From positions 18,702 to 82,701 of the forward strand of contig JANQET010000041.1 of assembly GCA_028278265.1 (NCBI GenBank): DNA of 64,000 bases, written 5' to 3'. How positions within the stretch are numbered: position 1 is the stretch's first letter; each line of letters begins with the position of its first letter. This DNA is from Myxococcota bacterium (GTDB taxonomy: Bacteria; Myxococcota_A; Polyangia; JAAYKL01). Made by a program: the position numbers and the translations under genes. A model generated the notes under the pieces. It searched no databases. It was given only the letters and a program-made list of their open reading frames with translations, and had not been told where the DNA came from. Shown in pieces: positions 18,874-27,866 of this stretch.

Positions 18874-19520
18874 CGATCGCTCCCCTGGCCGGCCCGTTCG
18901 CTGCGCTTCACCGCGGCCAAGACCTCGCTGATCATCACATAATCCGTCGACGTGTCCCGGACGACCACTTCACCGGTGCTCAGGTCAATCACCGCGGTGA
19001 AGGGCAGCGCAAAAATGGTTCCCAACCGGGGTCTCTCACCGGTCCAGAACCCTCCCTTGAAATAGGGACTGATATAGCCGGCGATCTCGCGGACCGGCGC
19101 CTCCAGACCGTTCTTGGTGTAGATCACAAAGACAGCGGCATTGTGTTGGTGGAGCTGCGGTTCGATCTCGCCGACCTGACTGAACCAGTCGGGACAGCCG
19201 CTTCACGTCGATCCCCCAATCAGCAACACGATGGACCGCAATCCCAGACAGTGAATGTCGTCGAGGGAGAAAGAGACCTCTTCCCGCTCGATTTCACCGT
19301 TCAGGTCGGCGTCCATGTACCCGGTTTGTCGCCAGTTGGCCACGGGCTTGCCGGGGGTGAGCCCCCTGCCCCAATCAAAGGGAGCGCAATGATCGGTATC
19401 GGTGTCGACCTCCGGGCCGGGGTCTACGGGAATGGGGCGGGCCTCGTCGTCGCAGCCGAGCTGGACGATGCCCCCACCGGTTGTGATGCAAATAGTGAGC
19501 AAGGTGGTTAAGCGATGCAC
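18870..19520 (-). CDS. Candidate selenoprotein C (paralog of A/B): secreted EF-hand + thioredoxin-fold protein with in-frame TGA in U-x-x-C motif
   Basis: ORFs 19203..19634 and 18870..19127 are in the same frame with TGA at 19203-19205: ...IVLLIGGST-U-SGCPDWFSQVGEIEPQLHQHNAAVFVIYTKNGLEAPVREIAGYISPYFKGGFWTGERPRLGTIFALPFTAVIDLSTG... Likely GTG start at 19520 (MHRLTTLLTICITTGGGIVQLGC). EF-hand DADLNGEIEREE. SECIS-like hairpin identical to copy A at plus 19171-19192. Confidence 0.6.
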
Positions 19521-19683
19521 TGTACGGTCCTCTTGCCGTTCTTGTCGGCGGTCGTGATCCCCTATTTTATTAGTTACGCGAGACCCCTCTTTGCTTCCCA
19601 AAAAAAGGATGACAAGGGTAGGGGGTCTTGACAAAAAAATGGAATTTCGATAAATTGGTTCGTATACGAAGGACTGTTATCCC

Positions 19684-20103
19684 ATGAAGCTGCCCCCGAA
19701 CTTTCCGGATTGTACAATTTTCTTACTGGCCAAGGCGTATCAACGATCCCACGCTCGGTTCAAGAATCGGCTCAAACCGTACGCCCTGACCAACCTCCAG
19801 CACCTAGTGTTGGAAGGGCTGTGGTTTAGAGAAGGCCAAACTGCTGCCGAGTTGGGCAAGCTGTTGATTCTCGACAAGGCGACCCTCTCCGGGGTGCTCG
19901 ATCGCCTGGACGACGCGGGTTGGATTGTCAAGGTGCACGATGAGACGGACAAGCGAACGGTTCGCATCTATCCCTCTGGCAAGGCCGACGAGCAGAAGGA
20001 CGCGCTGATCAAGGAGCGGGAGGACGCCAACACCGAGCTGCTCGCCGGATTTTCGTCAGAAGAACAACTGTTGTTGAAGCGGTTCCTCAAGGATCTTTTC
20101 TAG
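19684..20103 (+). CDS. MarR-family transcriptional regulator
   Basis: 139 aa. A winged-helix region (LTNLQHLVLEGLWFREGQTAAELGKLLILDKATLSGVLDRLDDAGWIV...DKRTVRIYPSGKA) is typical of MarR/OhrR. A sigma-70-like promoter (TTGACA-16 nt-ATAAAT) and the 12-bp palindrome TTCGTATACGAA lie immediately upstream. Confidence 0.8.
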   Translation: MKLPPNFPDCTIFLLAKAYQRSHARFKNRLKPYALTNLQHLVLEGLWFREGQTAAELGKLLILDKATLSGVLDRLDDAGWIVKVHDETDKRTVRIYPSGKADEQKDALIKEREDANTELLAGFSSEEQLLLKRFLKDLF

Positions 20104-20199
20104 GCATCATGTGCTGCTGTGCGGAGAGTCTCGGGGTAAGCTGTTTGAATATTGTTTGTATACTAACTTTATCACTTCGAGTGTCCTAGGGAGGCATCA

Positions 20200-21900
20200 A
20201 TGCTATTGAATCCGAAAACCAACTCCTATGATCACCTGGATGCCCGCTCGCAGGAGATCATGAAGAAAACGATCGATTTCTTCGAGGCCAAGGGCAAAGC
20301 CAAGTTGAAGCGGGATCACTACGACCGGGTGTGGTACGACGACTTTCTCGATTTTGTTAAAGAGAACCGGATCTTTGCCACCCTGCTCACCCCGACCGCT
20401 TGCGCCGAGGGGGATCGGGACAAACGCTGGGACACGTCTCGAATTTGCGAGTTCAACGAAATCCTCGGGTTCTACGGGCTGGCGTATTGGTACACCTGGC
20501 AGGTGACCATTTTGGGCTTGGGGCCTATTTGGATGAGCCCGAACGAGGCGGTGAAGAAGCGCACCGCACAACTGCTCGACGAGGGGGGCATTTTTGCTTT
20601 CGGCCTCTCGGAGAAAACGCACGGCGCCGACCTCTACTCGACGGAGATGGCGCTCACCCCGCTGGGGAACGGCCGGTATGCCGCCGACGGGGGCAAGTAC
20701 TACATCGGCAATGCCAACAAAGCCGCGCTGGTCTCCACCTTTGGCAAGAATTCGGACAATGACGAATTCGTGTTCTTTGCCGTTGATCCGAGTCACGAGG
20801 ACTACGACCTGGTGCAAAACGTGGTGGATTGGCAGAGCTATGTCGCCGAATTCGCTCTGCGCGCCTATCCGGTGGCCGAGGCGGATATCCTCTCCACCGG
20901 TCGTGACGCCTGGGACACCGCCCTCAACACGGTCAACGTGGGCAAGTTCAATCTGGGCTGGGCCTCAATCGGTATCTGCACCCACGCGTTTTACGAGGCG
21001 ATTGAGCACGCTGCCGGGCGCAATCTCTACGGCAAGTTCGTCACCGACTTCCCCCATATCCAACAGCTGTTCACCGATGCCTACGCGCGCTTGACGGCGA
21101 TGAAACTGTTCGCCTCGCGAGCAATAGACTACATGCGCACCGCCTCCCCGGCGGATCGGCGCTATCTCTTGTACAACTCGCTGGTTAAAATGAAGGTGAC
21201 CACCCAAGGGGAAGAGGTGATCAATCTGCTGTGGGATGTGATCGCCGCCCGGGGGTTCGAGAAGGACGTCTACTTTGAAAACGCCACACAGGATATTCGG
21301 GCGCTGCCCAAGCTGGAGGGCACCGTGCACGTGAACATGGCGTTGGTCGTCAAGTTCATGGCCAATTACTTCTTCAAGCCCGAACCGTATCCCGAAATAG
21401 CCAAACAGGAGGCACCGGTGGACGACGAATTTCTCTTTAACCAGGGACCGACCAAGGGCCTGGGGGATATTCGGTTCCACGACTATCGGCCGGCCTATGA
21501 CGCGGTGGATCTGCCCAATGTCAATATTTTCAAAGAGCAGGTCGCCCTGTTTAAAAAACTGTTGATGAAGGCCCCCCCGCAACAACAGCAAACCCGGGAT
21601 ATCGATTTTCTGCTCACCGTGGGCGAGCTGTTTACCCTGGTGGTGTATGGTCAGCTGATCCTCGAAAAAACCGAGATGGAGCAGGTCGATCCGCTCCTGG
21701 TGGATCAGATGTTCGACTTCATGGTGAGGGATTTTTCCGGTCACGCGCTCGCGCTTCACAGCAAACCCAGCAGCACGCCCGAGCAGATGGAGCTCGGTCT
21801 GCAGCTGATCAGAAAACCCCACACCGATACCAAGCGGTTCTTTGCCGTGTGGAAGGAGCGAGTACTGCCATTGAAGGACGCGTATACGATGAACGAGTAG
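20200..21900 (+). CDS. Acyl-CoA dehydrogenase family protein (long form)
   Basis: 566 aa. GGAGG upstream. Internal region GIFAFGLSEKTHGADLYSTEM...GKYYIGNANKAALVSTFGK. Size and layout are consistent with long acyl-CoA dehydrogenases. The assignment is from overall pattern, not a diagnostic catalytic residue. Confidence 0.55.
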   Translation: MLLNPKTNSYDHLDARSQEIMKKTIDFFEAKGKAKLKRDHYDRVWYDDFLDFVKENRIFATLLTPTACAEGDRDKRWDTSRICEFNEILGFYGLAYWYTWQVTILGLGPIWMSPNEAVKKRTAQLLDEGGIFAFGLSEKTHGADLYSTEMALTPLGNGRYAADGGKYYIGNANKAALVSTFGKNSDNDEFVFFAVDPSHEDYDLVQNVVDWQSYVAEFALRAYPVAEADILSTGRDAWDTALNTVNVGKFNLGWASIGICTHAFYEAIEHAAGRNLYGKFVTDFPHIQQLFTDAYARLTAMKLFASRAIDYMRTASPADRRYLLYNSLVKMKVTTQGEEVINLLWDVIAARGFEKDVYFENATQDIRALPKLEGTVHVNMALVVKFMANYFFKPEPYPEIAKQEAPVDDEFLFNQGPTKGLGDIRFHDYRPAYDAVDLPNVNIFKEQVALFKKLLMKAPPQQQQTRDIDFLLTVGELFTLVVYGQLILEKTEMEQVDPLLVDQMFDFMVRDFSGHALALHSKPSSTPEQMELGLQLIRKPHTDTKRFFAVWKERVLPLKDAYTMNE

Positions 21901-21983
21901 GGTCTGTCCGGTATTTGTCATCCCCGCGCAGGCGGGGATCCAGATCGGGTCGCGAATCCCGATTTTTTACTCAGCGAGGGAAC

Positions 21984-23774
21984 ATGTACACATACGAAAA
22001 ACCCGATAATCTGGTCGAATGGTTTCACCTGTCAGTTGAGAAACACGCGGAGAATCCACTGTTCGGCACCAAGAATGCGGCGGGATCCTACGAGTGGATC
22101 AATTATCAGCAGGTTGGAACACGGGTCGATAATCTCAGGGGTGGGTTGGCCGCGCTGACCATCGGGAAGGGGGATGCGGTCGGCATCATCGCCAACAACC
22201 GCACCGAGTGGGCCATTGCGGAGTTCGCCACCTTGGGGCTGGGGGCGCGGTTCGTGCCGATGTACGAAAAAGAGCTCCCCCGCATCTGGAAACACATCAT
22301 CAACGATTCGGGGCTCAAGGCGCTGCTCGTCGCCAATCGGGCGATCTACGATCGGATCATCGACCTGAAGGATGAAATGCCCGGCCTCGAGCACCTGTTT
22401 GTGATCGACGATCACGGGGAGAACTCGATGGCCGCTCTCGAACGGTTGGGGGAAACCCATCCGGTCAATCCGTACATTCCCAGCCCGGACGACGTGGCGG
22501 TGTTGATCTACACCTCGGGCACGACCGGCAAACCCAAGGGGGTGCTGCTGACCCACGGCAACTTCACCAGCAACGCCCGCAGTGGCTATCGTTTTTTTGC
22601 CGATCAGTTGAAACCGAGCAGTCGTAGTATTTCCATCTTGCCTTGGGCCCATGCGTATGCCCAAACCGCCGAGCTGTACAACTTCATTCAGTTCGGCGGA
22701 TCGATCGCTTTTGTCGAGTCGGTGGCCACGTTGGCCGATGATATGCAAAAGGCCCAACCTACCTTCCTCATTGCCGTGCCGATGGTGTTCAATCGCATCT
22801 ACGCCAAAGTGCATTCGACCATCGACGAGAAGGCGGGTCTAGGGCGCAAGCTGTTTACGATGGGCATCGATTCCGCTGAAAAGAAACGCAGCAGCATCCC
22901 TCCGGGACCGGGAATGTGGACTGAGCTCAAGTACAAAACCGCCGACACCCTCGTCTTCAAGAAGATCCGCACCCTGTTCGGCGGGCGACTCGAGGCGGCG
23001 ATCACCGCCAGTGCGACGATGAATCCCAAAATCGCCAACTTCTTCTGGGACATCGGGATTCCGATCTTCGACTGCTACGGACTGACCGAGACCTCACCGG
23101 CGATCACGATGAGCTGTTTCGATGGGTACAAGACTCGGAGTGTGGGGCGTTGCCTGGAGAACGTCATCGTGAAAATCGATTCGTCAGTGGTCGAGCCCGA
23201 AGCCAAGGACGGGGAGGTGGTGGTCTACGGCCCCAACGTGATGAAGGGGTACCACAACCGTCCCCAGGCCACCGAAGAGGTGATGACCGAAGACGGCGGC
23301 TTTCGCACCGGGGATCGGGGGTACATGGATGAGGATGGATACCTCTACATCACCGGCCGGATCAAGGAACAGTACAAGCTGGAGAACGGCAAGTATGTGT
23401 TTCCCGCCGGCATCGAAGATGAAATCCGCTTGCTGCCCTGGGTCGAAAACACCATGCTCTACGGTGAAGGAAGGGCGTACAACGTCTGCCTCATCATCCC
23501 CGATTTCGAGGTCCTGGGCCGCTGGGCCGAGGAGCGCAATCTCTCCACCGAGCCAGATGATTTGGTGAAAGAACAGGTTGTGGAGGACATGATCCTCGCC
23601 GCGATCATCGAAACACTGACCGGCAAATTCGGCCGCTACGAGATCCCCAAGAAGATCGCCCTGATCGAGGAGATCTTCTCCCTGGAGAACGGCCTGTTGA
23701 CCCAAACGATGAAGCTCAAACGGCGCAAGGTGGTCGAGCGCTATCGGGCCGAAATCGACAAGCTGTATCAGTAA
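21984..23774 (+). CDS. Long-chain fatty-acid--CoA ligase / acyl-CoA synthetase (AMP-binding)
   Basis: AMP-binding signature YTSGTTGKPKGV. CYGLTETSP, FRTGDRGYMDEDGYLYITGRIKE and the final lysine (LKRRK) match the adenylate-forming enzyme family. Start taken at MYTYEKPDN (21984). Confidence 0.85.
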   Translation: MYTYEKPDNLVEWFHLSVEKHAENPLFGTKNAAGSYEWINYQQVGTRVDNLRGGLAALTIGKGDAVGIIANNRTEWAIAEFATLGLGARFVPMYEKELPRIWKHIINDSGLKALLVANRAIYDRIIDLKDEMPGLEHLFVIDDHGENSMAALERLGETHPVNPYIPSPDDVAVLIYTSGTTGKPKGVLLTHGNFTSNARSGYRFFADQLKPSSRSISILPWAHAYAQTAELYNFIQFGGSIAFVESVATLADDMQKAQPTFLIAVPMVFNRIYAKVHSTIDEKAGLGRKLFTMGIDSAEKKRSSIPPGPGMWTELKYKTADTLVFKKIRTLFGGRLEAAITASATMNPKIANFFWDIGIPIFDCYGLTETSPAITMSCFDGYKTRSVGRCLENVIVKIDSSVVEPEAKDGEVVVYGPNVMKGYHNRPQATEEVMTEDGGFRTGDRGYMDEDGYLYITGRIKEQYKLENGKYVFPAGIEDEIRLLPWVENTMLYGEGRAYNVCLIIPDFEVLGRWAEERNLSTEPDDLVKEQVVEDMILAAIIETLTGKFGRYEIPKKIALIEEIFSLENGLLTQTMKLKRRKVVERYRAEIDKLYQ

Positions 23775-23797
23775 TCAGCGGATTTCCGGCGAATACT

Positions 23798-24727
23798 TCA
23801 ATCGATCGCCGGACGGGGGAAGAGGTTGGCCTTCTCCACGATTTTGGGCACCTTTTTCTCCCACTCGATGGCCATGATGTGCACGCCGCTGAGCCCCTTC
23901 ATCTCTTTTAGGGCGTCGATCAATTCGCAGCAGATCTTGACCCCCTCGATCCCGCCCTTGCCCTTGGGGGCGTCGACCATCCGTTTGACAATCGCTTCGG
24001 GCATGATCACCCCGGGGACGTGCTCGGCCATGTACTTGGCCATCCGGCCGGACTTGAGCGGGATCACCCCGGCGAGAATGTGGCACCGTTCGGTGAGGCC
24101 CAGGTCCCGCGCCTTGCTCAGCCATTGTTCGAAAATCTCGAGATCGAAGACGCATTGGGTCTGGATAAAGTCGGCGCCGGCCTCCACTTTTTTCTTCAGC
24201 CGGTAGGGCCGAAACTCGAACGGCTCAGCAAACGGATTGGCGGCCGCGCCGATGAACATCTTCACCGGGCCGTCCAGTTTTTCGTCGGAGTCCAACAATT
24301 TGTTCTCGTCGCGCAACCGCCGCATCGCGCCCACCAATTGGATCGAGTCGATGTCGAAGACATTTTTGCTGTGGGCCTGGTTGCCGAACTGCTGGTGATC
24401 GCCGCTCAGGCACAACACGTTGGGGATGCCCAGGGCGGCCGCGCCGATGATGTCGCTCTGCATCGCGATGCGGTTGCGATCCCGGCAGACCATCTGCATC
24501 ACCGGCTCGAGGCCCTGTTGCTGGGCGACCACCGCGGTGGCGATGCTGGACATGCGCACCACGGCGGTCTGGTTGTCGGTGATGTTTACCGCGTCCACAT
24601 ACCCCCGCAGCAGGGCGGCCTTTTTTTTGACCGCTGCGACGTTGTTGCCCTTGGGCGGTCCCAGCTCACCGGTGACCACGAAGTGGCCCGCTTCGAGCAG
24701 TTTTTCCAAACGACTTGGGGTTTTCAT
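23798..24727 (-). CDS. metF: Methylenetetrahydrofolate reductase (MetF-like, 309 aa)
   Basis: TIM-barrel-sized protein with N-terminal FVVTGELGPPKG (FFPP-like strand). The immediately upstream MetV-like partner supports the MetFV assignment. Confidence 0.6.
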   Translation of the reverse strand: MKTPSRLEKLLEAGHFVVTGELGPPKGNNVAAVKKKAALLRGYVDAVNITDNQTAVVRMSSIATAVVAQQQGLEPVMQMVCRDRNRIAMQSDIIGAAALGIPNVLCLSGDHQQFGNQAHSKNVFDIDSIQLVGAMRRLRDENKLLDSDEKLDGPVKMFIGAAANPFAEPFEFRPYRLKKKVEAGADFIQTQCVFDLEIFEQWLSKARDLGLTERCHILAGVIPLKSGRMAKYMAEHVPGVIMPEAIVKRMVDAPKGKGGIEGVKICCELIDALKEMKGLSGVHIMAIEWEKKVPKIVEKANLFPRPAID

Positions 24728-24733
24728 CGGCGG

Positions 24734-25414
24734 TCAATCCTTTTTGGTGTAGCGATCCCGGTACGCCTCGTGTACTAGCTGCCCCTGTTTCTGATTTTGC
24801 CAAGCTGTGGGTTGACGGATCCGCTCAATGTTCTCCACCCGCTGCTGAGTTTTCAGGCGGTTGAAAATGTCGACCCAGGCGCAGGGGGTCTCGGCGTCCA
24901 GTTCGCAGCGACCCTCCCGCTGGGTGCCGCCGCACGGTCCGTTGAAGATCGATTTGGCGCAGCGGGTCACCGGGCAGATGCAGCCGGTGTAGGCCAGCTG
25001 GCAGTCGCCGCAGGAGCGGCATTTCTCTTCGTACCAGCCCACCTCCCGGTTGACCCCCAGAAACTGGGTGTTCACCCCGGGGTAGACCGGTTTTTCCGGA
25101 AACTGTTCGGCGATCAGTTGGGCCCCGGCGCCACAGCCCACGCAGAGAAATGCCTCGAACTCTGCGGCGAGGATGTCCAGCTCCTGAATAAAATCGGGAT
25201 CGCAACCGCGCTCGACCACGTATCCCTCGAAGGTCTTGTTGAGTCCCTTTTCTTTGAACAGCTGCTCGAGCTCCAGGCACAGCTGGTCCACCTCGGGCTG
25301 ACCGCCGGCCAGGCAGATCGAGGTGCACCCGCCGCAGCCGACGATCAGCGTCTTGCCGTGGGGTTCGAGCCCTTCGGCGATTTCGGGCAGTGGTTTGATT
25401 TGGGCGACAATCAC
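24734..25414 (-). CDS. metV: MetV-like protein (methylene-THF reductase C-terminal-domain family; Cys-rich, probable Zn/Fe-S)
   Basis: 226 aa with the FNGPCGG motif and multiple CxxC pairs (GCGGCTSIC, CVGCGAG, CRSCGDC, CICPVTRC). The gene sits directly upstream of metF. Confidence 0.55.
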   Translation of the reverse strand: MIVAQIKPLPEIAEGLEPHGKTLIVGCGGCTSICLAGGQPEVDQLCLELEQLFKEKGLNKTFEGYVVERGCDPDFIQELDILAAEFEAFLCVGCGAGAQLIAEQFPEKPVYPGVNTQFLGVNREVGWYEEKCRSCGDCQLAYTGCICPVTRCAKSIFNGPCGGTQREGRCELDAETPCAWVDIFNRLKTQQRVENIERIRQPTAWQNQKQGQLVHEAYRDRYTKKD

Positions 25415-25423
25415 AGTCCCACC

Positions 25424-25807
25424 TCACTTATCGTCAAATCGTTGATAGACCCCTTGGGAGCGACAGATGGCCCGGGCCAGGGCGATCATGCTGGAGACAT
25501 CGATCCCGAACGGGCAGTAACAGCGGCGACACAGGGCGCACTTGTCGAACACCAGTGATTTCATCTGTTCGAGCTCGTGCCGGTTCACCTTTCCGCGTTT
25601 TTTGAAGAGACGGCCCAGGGAGTGCACCGCCTTGTAGGCCGGGGTGGCCTTGGGGTCTCGATGGTTGCGGTAGTAGAAGCAGCTCTCGGCGCACAGCCCG
25701 CACTTGGCGCAGATCGACAGAAACAGTTTGAGCTGTTTCTTTTGCGCCAACAGCTGTTTGATCCGGTGTTGGTCGATCGCCGGGGCCGGTCGGTCGCTCA
25801 CCATGTT
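25424..25807 (-). CDS. Small ferredoxin-like protein with two [4Fe-4S] motifs (HdrC/DsrK N-terminal-like)
   Basis: MVSDRPAPAIDQ... followed by CAKCGLCAESC and CALCRRCYCP cluster-binding motifs. The start overlaps the stop of the upstream membrane protein by about 10 nt. Confidence 0.55.
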   Translation of the reverse strand, partial: NMVSDRPAPAIDQHRIKQLLAQKKQLKLFLSICAKCGLCAESCFYYRNHRDPKATPAYKAVHSLGRLFKKRGKVNRHELEQMKSLVFDKCALCRRCYCPFGIDVSSMIALARAICRSQGVYQRFDDK

Positions 25808-26487
25808 CGGCTCCCGGCGGCCAGGCTGTGTTCGCTGTTGATGCCCAGTCGGGTGAAAAAGAAAAAGATCATGTGGCCGAGCTTGGTCACCCCCAGGGCG
25901 ATGAGCATCAATTGCCCGCTGAGCATATGGGCGATGATGATCTGGGGATAGGGGCCGATTTGCCGAAAGGCCAGCCATCCGGTGACAAACGGAGCGACGG
26001 TGATCCCCAACAGGAGAAAATCGGTGACACCGCTGAGCGCCCGCACCGGGGCGCTGAACAAGCGGCGGCCCAAGAAAACCGCTGCGCAGGAGATGACCGC
26101 GACGGTCAGAGCGTCGGTGAGCGGCTCGACAAAACTGGGCAGGCTGAAGCGCCATGCGTCGTAGAGCAACACCTGGTGGCCCCGGGCGAACAGGGGAGTG
26201 ATGAAGAGCAGGGTGTGAAAGAGAACCGTCAGCCCGATCAACAGGGGATGTCGTCCCAGCACCGAGCGGCGCAGGGCGGTACGCCATCCGGTCATCCGCT
26301 GGCCCAACGACGGGGTCGCAGGGGCCCGCTTCTTCGGGGGCGCGGCGCGCAACAGCCGGCGTTGTTTCCGTGCAGACAGCCGAAAGAGCCGGTGCAGCTG
26401 AATCGCCGAGCCGGCCAGGAAAATGGCCAGTGCGAGCCAGGTCATCGGACCGCGGACAAATTCATACAGTTCGGACGGGTTGACCAT
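25798..26487 (-). CDS. Integral membrane cytochrome b-like protein (NarI/HdrE/DsrM family)
   Basis: 229 aa with 5-6 predicted TM helices and conserved His in helices (HPLLIGLTVLFHTLLF, IIAHMLSG, LGHMIFF), typical of quinone-interacting di-heme b subunits. First gene of the metFV-linked operon. Confidence 0.55.
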   Translation of the reverse strand: MVNPSELYEFVRGPMTWLALAIFLAGSAIQLHRLFRLSARKQRRLLRAAPPKKRAPATPSLGQRMTGWRTALRRSVLGRHPLLIGLTVLFHTLLFITPLFARGHQVLLYDAWRFSLPSFVEPLTDALTVAVISCAAVFLGRRLFSAPVRALSGVTDFLLLGITVAPFVTGWLAFRQIGPYPQIIIAHMLSGQLMLIALGVTKLGHMIFFFFTRLGINSEHSLAAGSRTW

Positions 26488-26498
26488 GATACGTACTT

Positions 26499-27545
26499 TT
26501 AGTCGGTTTGATCGATCTTGTCGATAATTCCCAACGCGGCAATTGTCTCGAGGATCTGATCGTGCAGCGGTCCGTTAGTGGCGATGATACCCCGGTTTTG
26601 CGCCAGGGTGCGACCGTGAGTGAATGCCAGCGGTCGCCCCGTGATATCGGTGACCCGCCCGCCCGCCTCGAGCACGATCAGCGCGCCGGCGGCGTGATCC
26701 CAGATTTTTTCCCGATAGGCCCGGTCCCGGGGGAGGCGCAGGTAAGCTTCTGCGTCACCCCGGGCGACCACGCCATACTTGGTCTGGCTGTCCAGTCGCA
26801 CCGGATCGGCCCCGATGGCGAGCCGCTTGGCCAGTCGCGCCGTGTCATCGTGAGAGGAGTGGGCCTTTTCCACGGATTCACAAAAGCGGATGCGGGTTGC
26901 CTGACGCTCCTCACTGACCCGGATGCAGGTCGCCTGGTCGGTCTCTTCGGCGCTGAGCTCGTAGCAGCCCACACCGCGGATGGCCGCGAACACGGTACCA
27001 TCGCCGATTCGATCGGGGGCACGGTGGGCCGCGTTCAGGTTGGGGCAGCCCAGGACCCCTACCTGGAGCTCCCCTTCGACGACCAGGGCCAGGGCGATGG
27101 CGTACTGTCCGCCGCGCAGAAAACCCTTGGTGCCGTCGATCGGATCAAGGGTCCAGAACCGATCCGTGTACTGTTTCTGGCCGCCCTGATCGATCAGGTG
27201 ACAAATCGCCGATGCGTCCAAGCTGGGATCGATGGGTTGTATCCGGTCCACCAGGTGGCCGAGCAGTTCGGCATTCTGGGGCTGCCTTAGGGCAGCGGCG
27301 TCCTCTTCGGCGATGATCGGATCGGCTGGAAAGTGCTCTTTTAGGATCTGGCAGACCAATGCCTGGCTGCCGAAATCGGCCAGGGTCACCGGGCTGCGGT
27401 CTTTCTTCTCCAAGGTATCTTTGGCGATCGCCGCTTGAACGGCACGGCAGAGTCGGGCGGCGCGGCGAACGGCAAAGATGGCGGCGCGGCATTCATCGCG
27501 ATAGGGAGTGGTCTCGGCCCAGTCCAGTGTCAAATTGATCATCAT
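26499..27545 (-). CDS. 3'(2'),5'-bisphosphate nucleotidase / inositol-monophosphatase family (CysQ/HAL2-like)
   Basis: The WTLDPIDGTKGF motif (IMPase signature DPIDGT), together with the VLGCPNL block and a size of ~348 aa, fits the HAL2/SAL1-like PAP phosphatases. Confidence 0.65.
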   Translation of the reverse strand: MMINLTLDWAETTPYRDECRAAIFAVRRAARLCRAVQAAIAKDTLEKKDRSPVTLADFGSQALVCQILKEHFPADPIIAEEDAAALRQPQNAELLGHLVDRIQPIDPSLDASAICHLIDQGGQKQYTDRFWTLDPIDGTKGFLRGGQYAIALALVVEGELQVGVLGCPNLNAAHRAPDRIGDGTVFAAIRGVGCYELSAEETDQATCIRVSEERQATRIRFCESVEKAHSSHDDTARLAKRLAIGADPVRLDSQTKYGVVARGDAEAYLRLPRDRAYREKIWDHAAGALIVLEAGGRVTDITGRPLAFTHGRTLAQNRGIIATNGPLHDQILETIAALGIIDKIDQTD

Positions 27546-27866
27546 TAACCTCCAGTCCCGCTAGTGAATATCAAGGTGAATCATCGCGGCATTTCCGATT
27601 CCATACCCCATTTCCCGCTGAAACTGTTCTTTTTTTCTCCGAGAAGAGGGAATGGGGAATCCGGTGGAGGGGATTCTGACGTTTTTCGCTTTAAATTTAG
27701 ATGGTTACGCTACAGTAGGTCAGAAGCCACGTTCATCTGGTACTGGATTTTTTTACTGGAAAATATTAGAAAAATATGTTGTCATGGGAAAGTTTGGACA
27801 CCAAACAAAGTTGCTTGTCCTTTGGGAAAGTGTAGTGAGCGTCATTGGCCAGGGAGTACTGTCGTA

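Noticed and set aside
27564-27866. N-terminal extension of the 723-aa ORF (27564..29735)
   Set aside because: The extension (MNIKVNHRGISDSIPHFPLKLFFFSP...) precedes an obvious signal peptide that begins at Met 27867. The upstream part is more AT-rich and lacks a ribosome-binding site, so it is likely 5' UTR or promoter.
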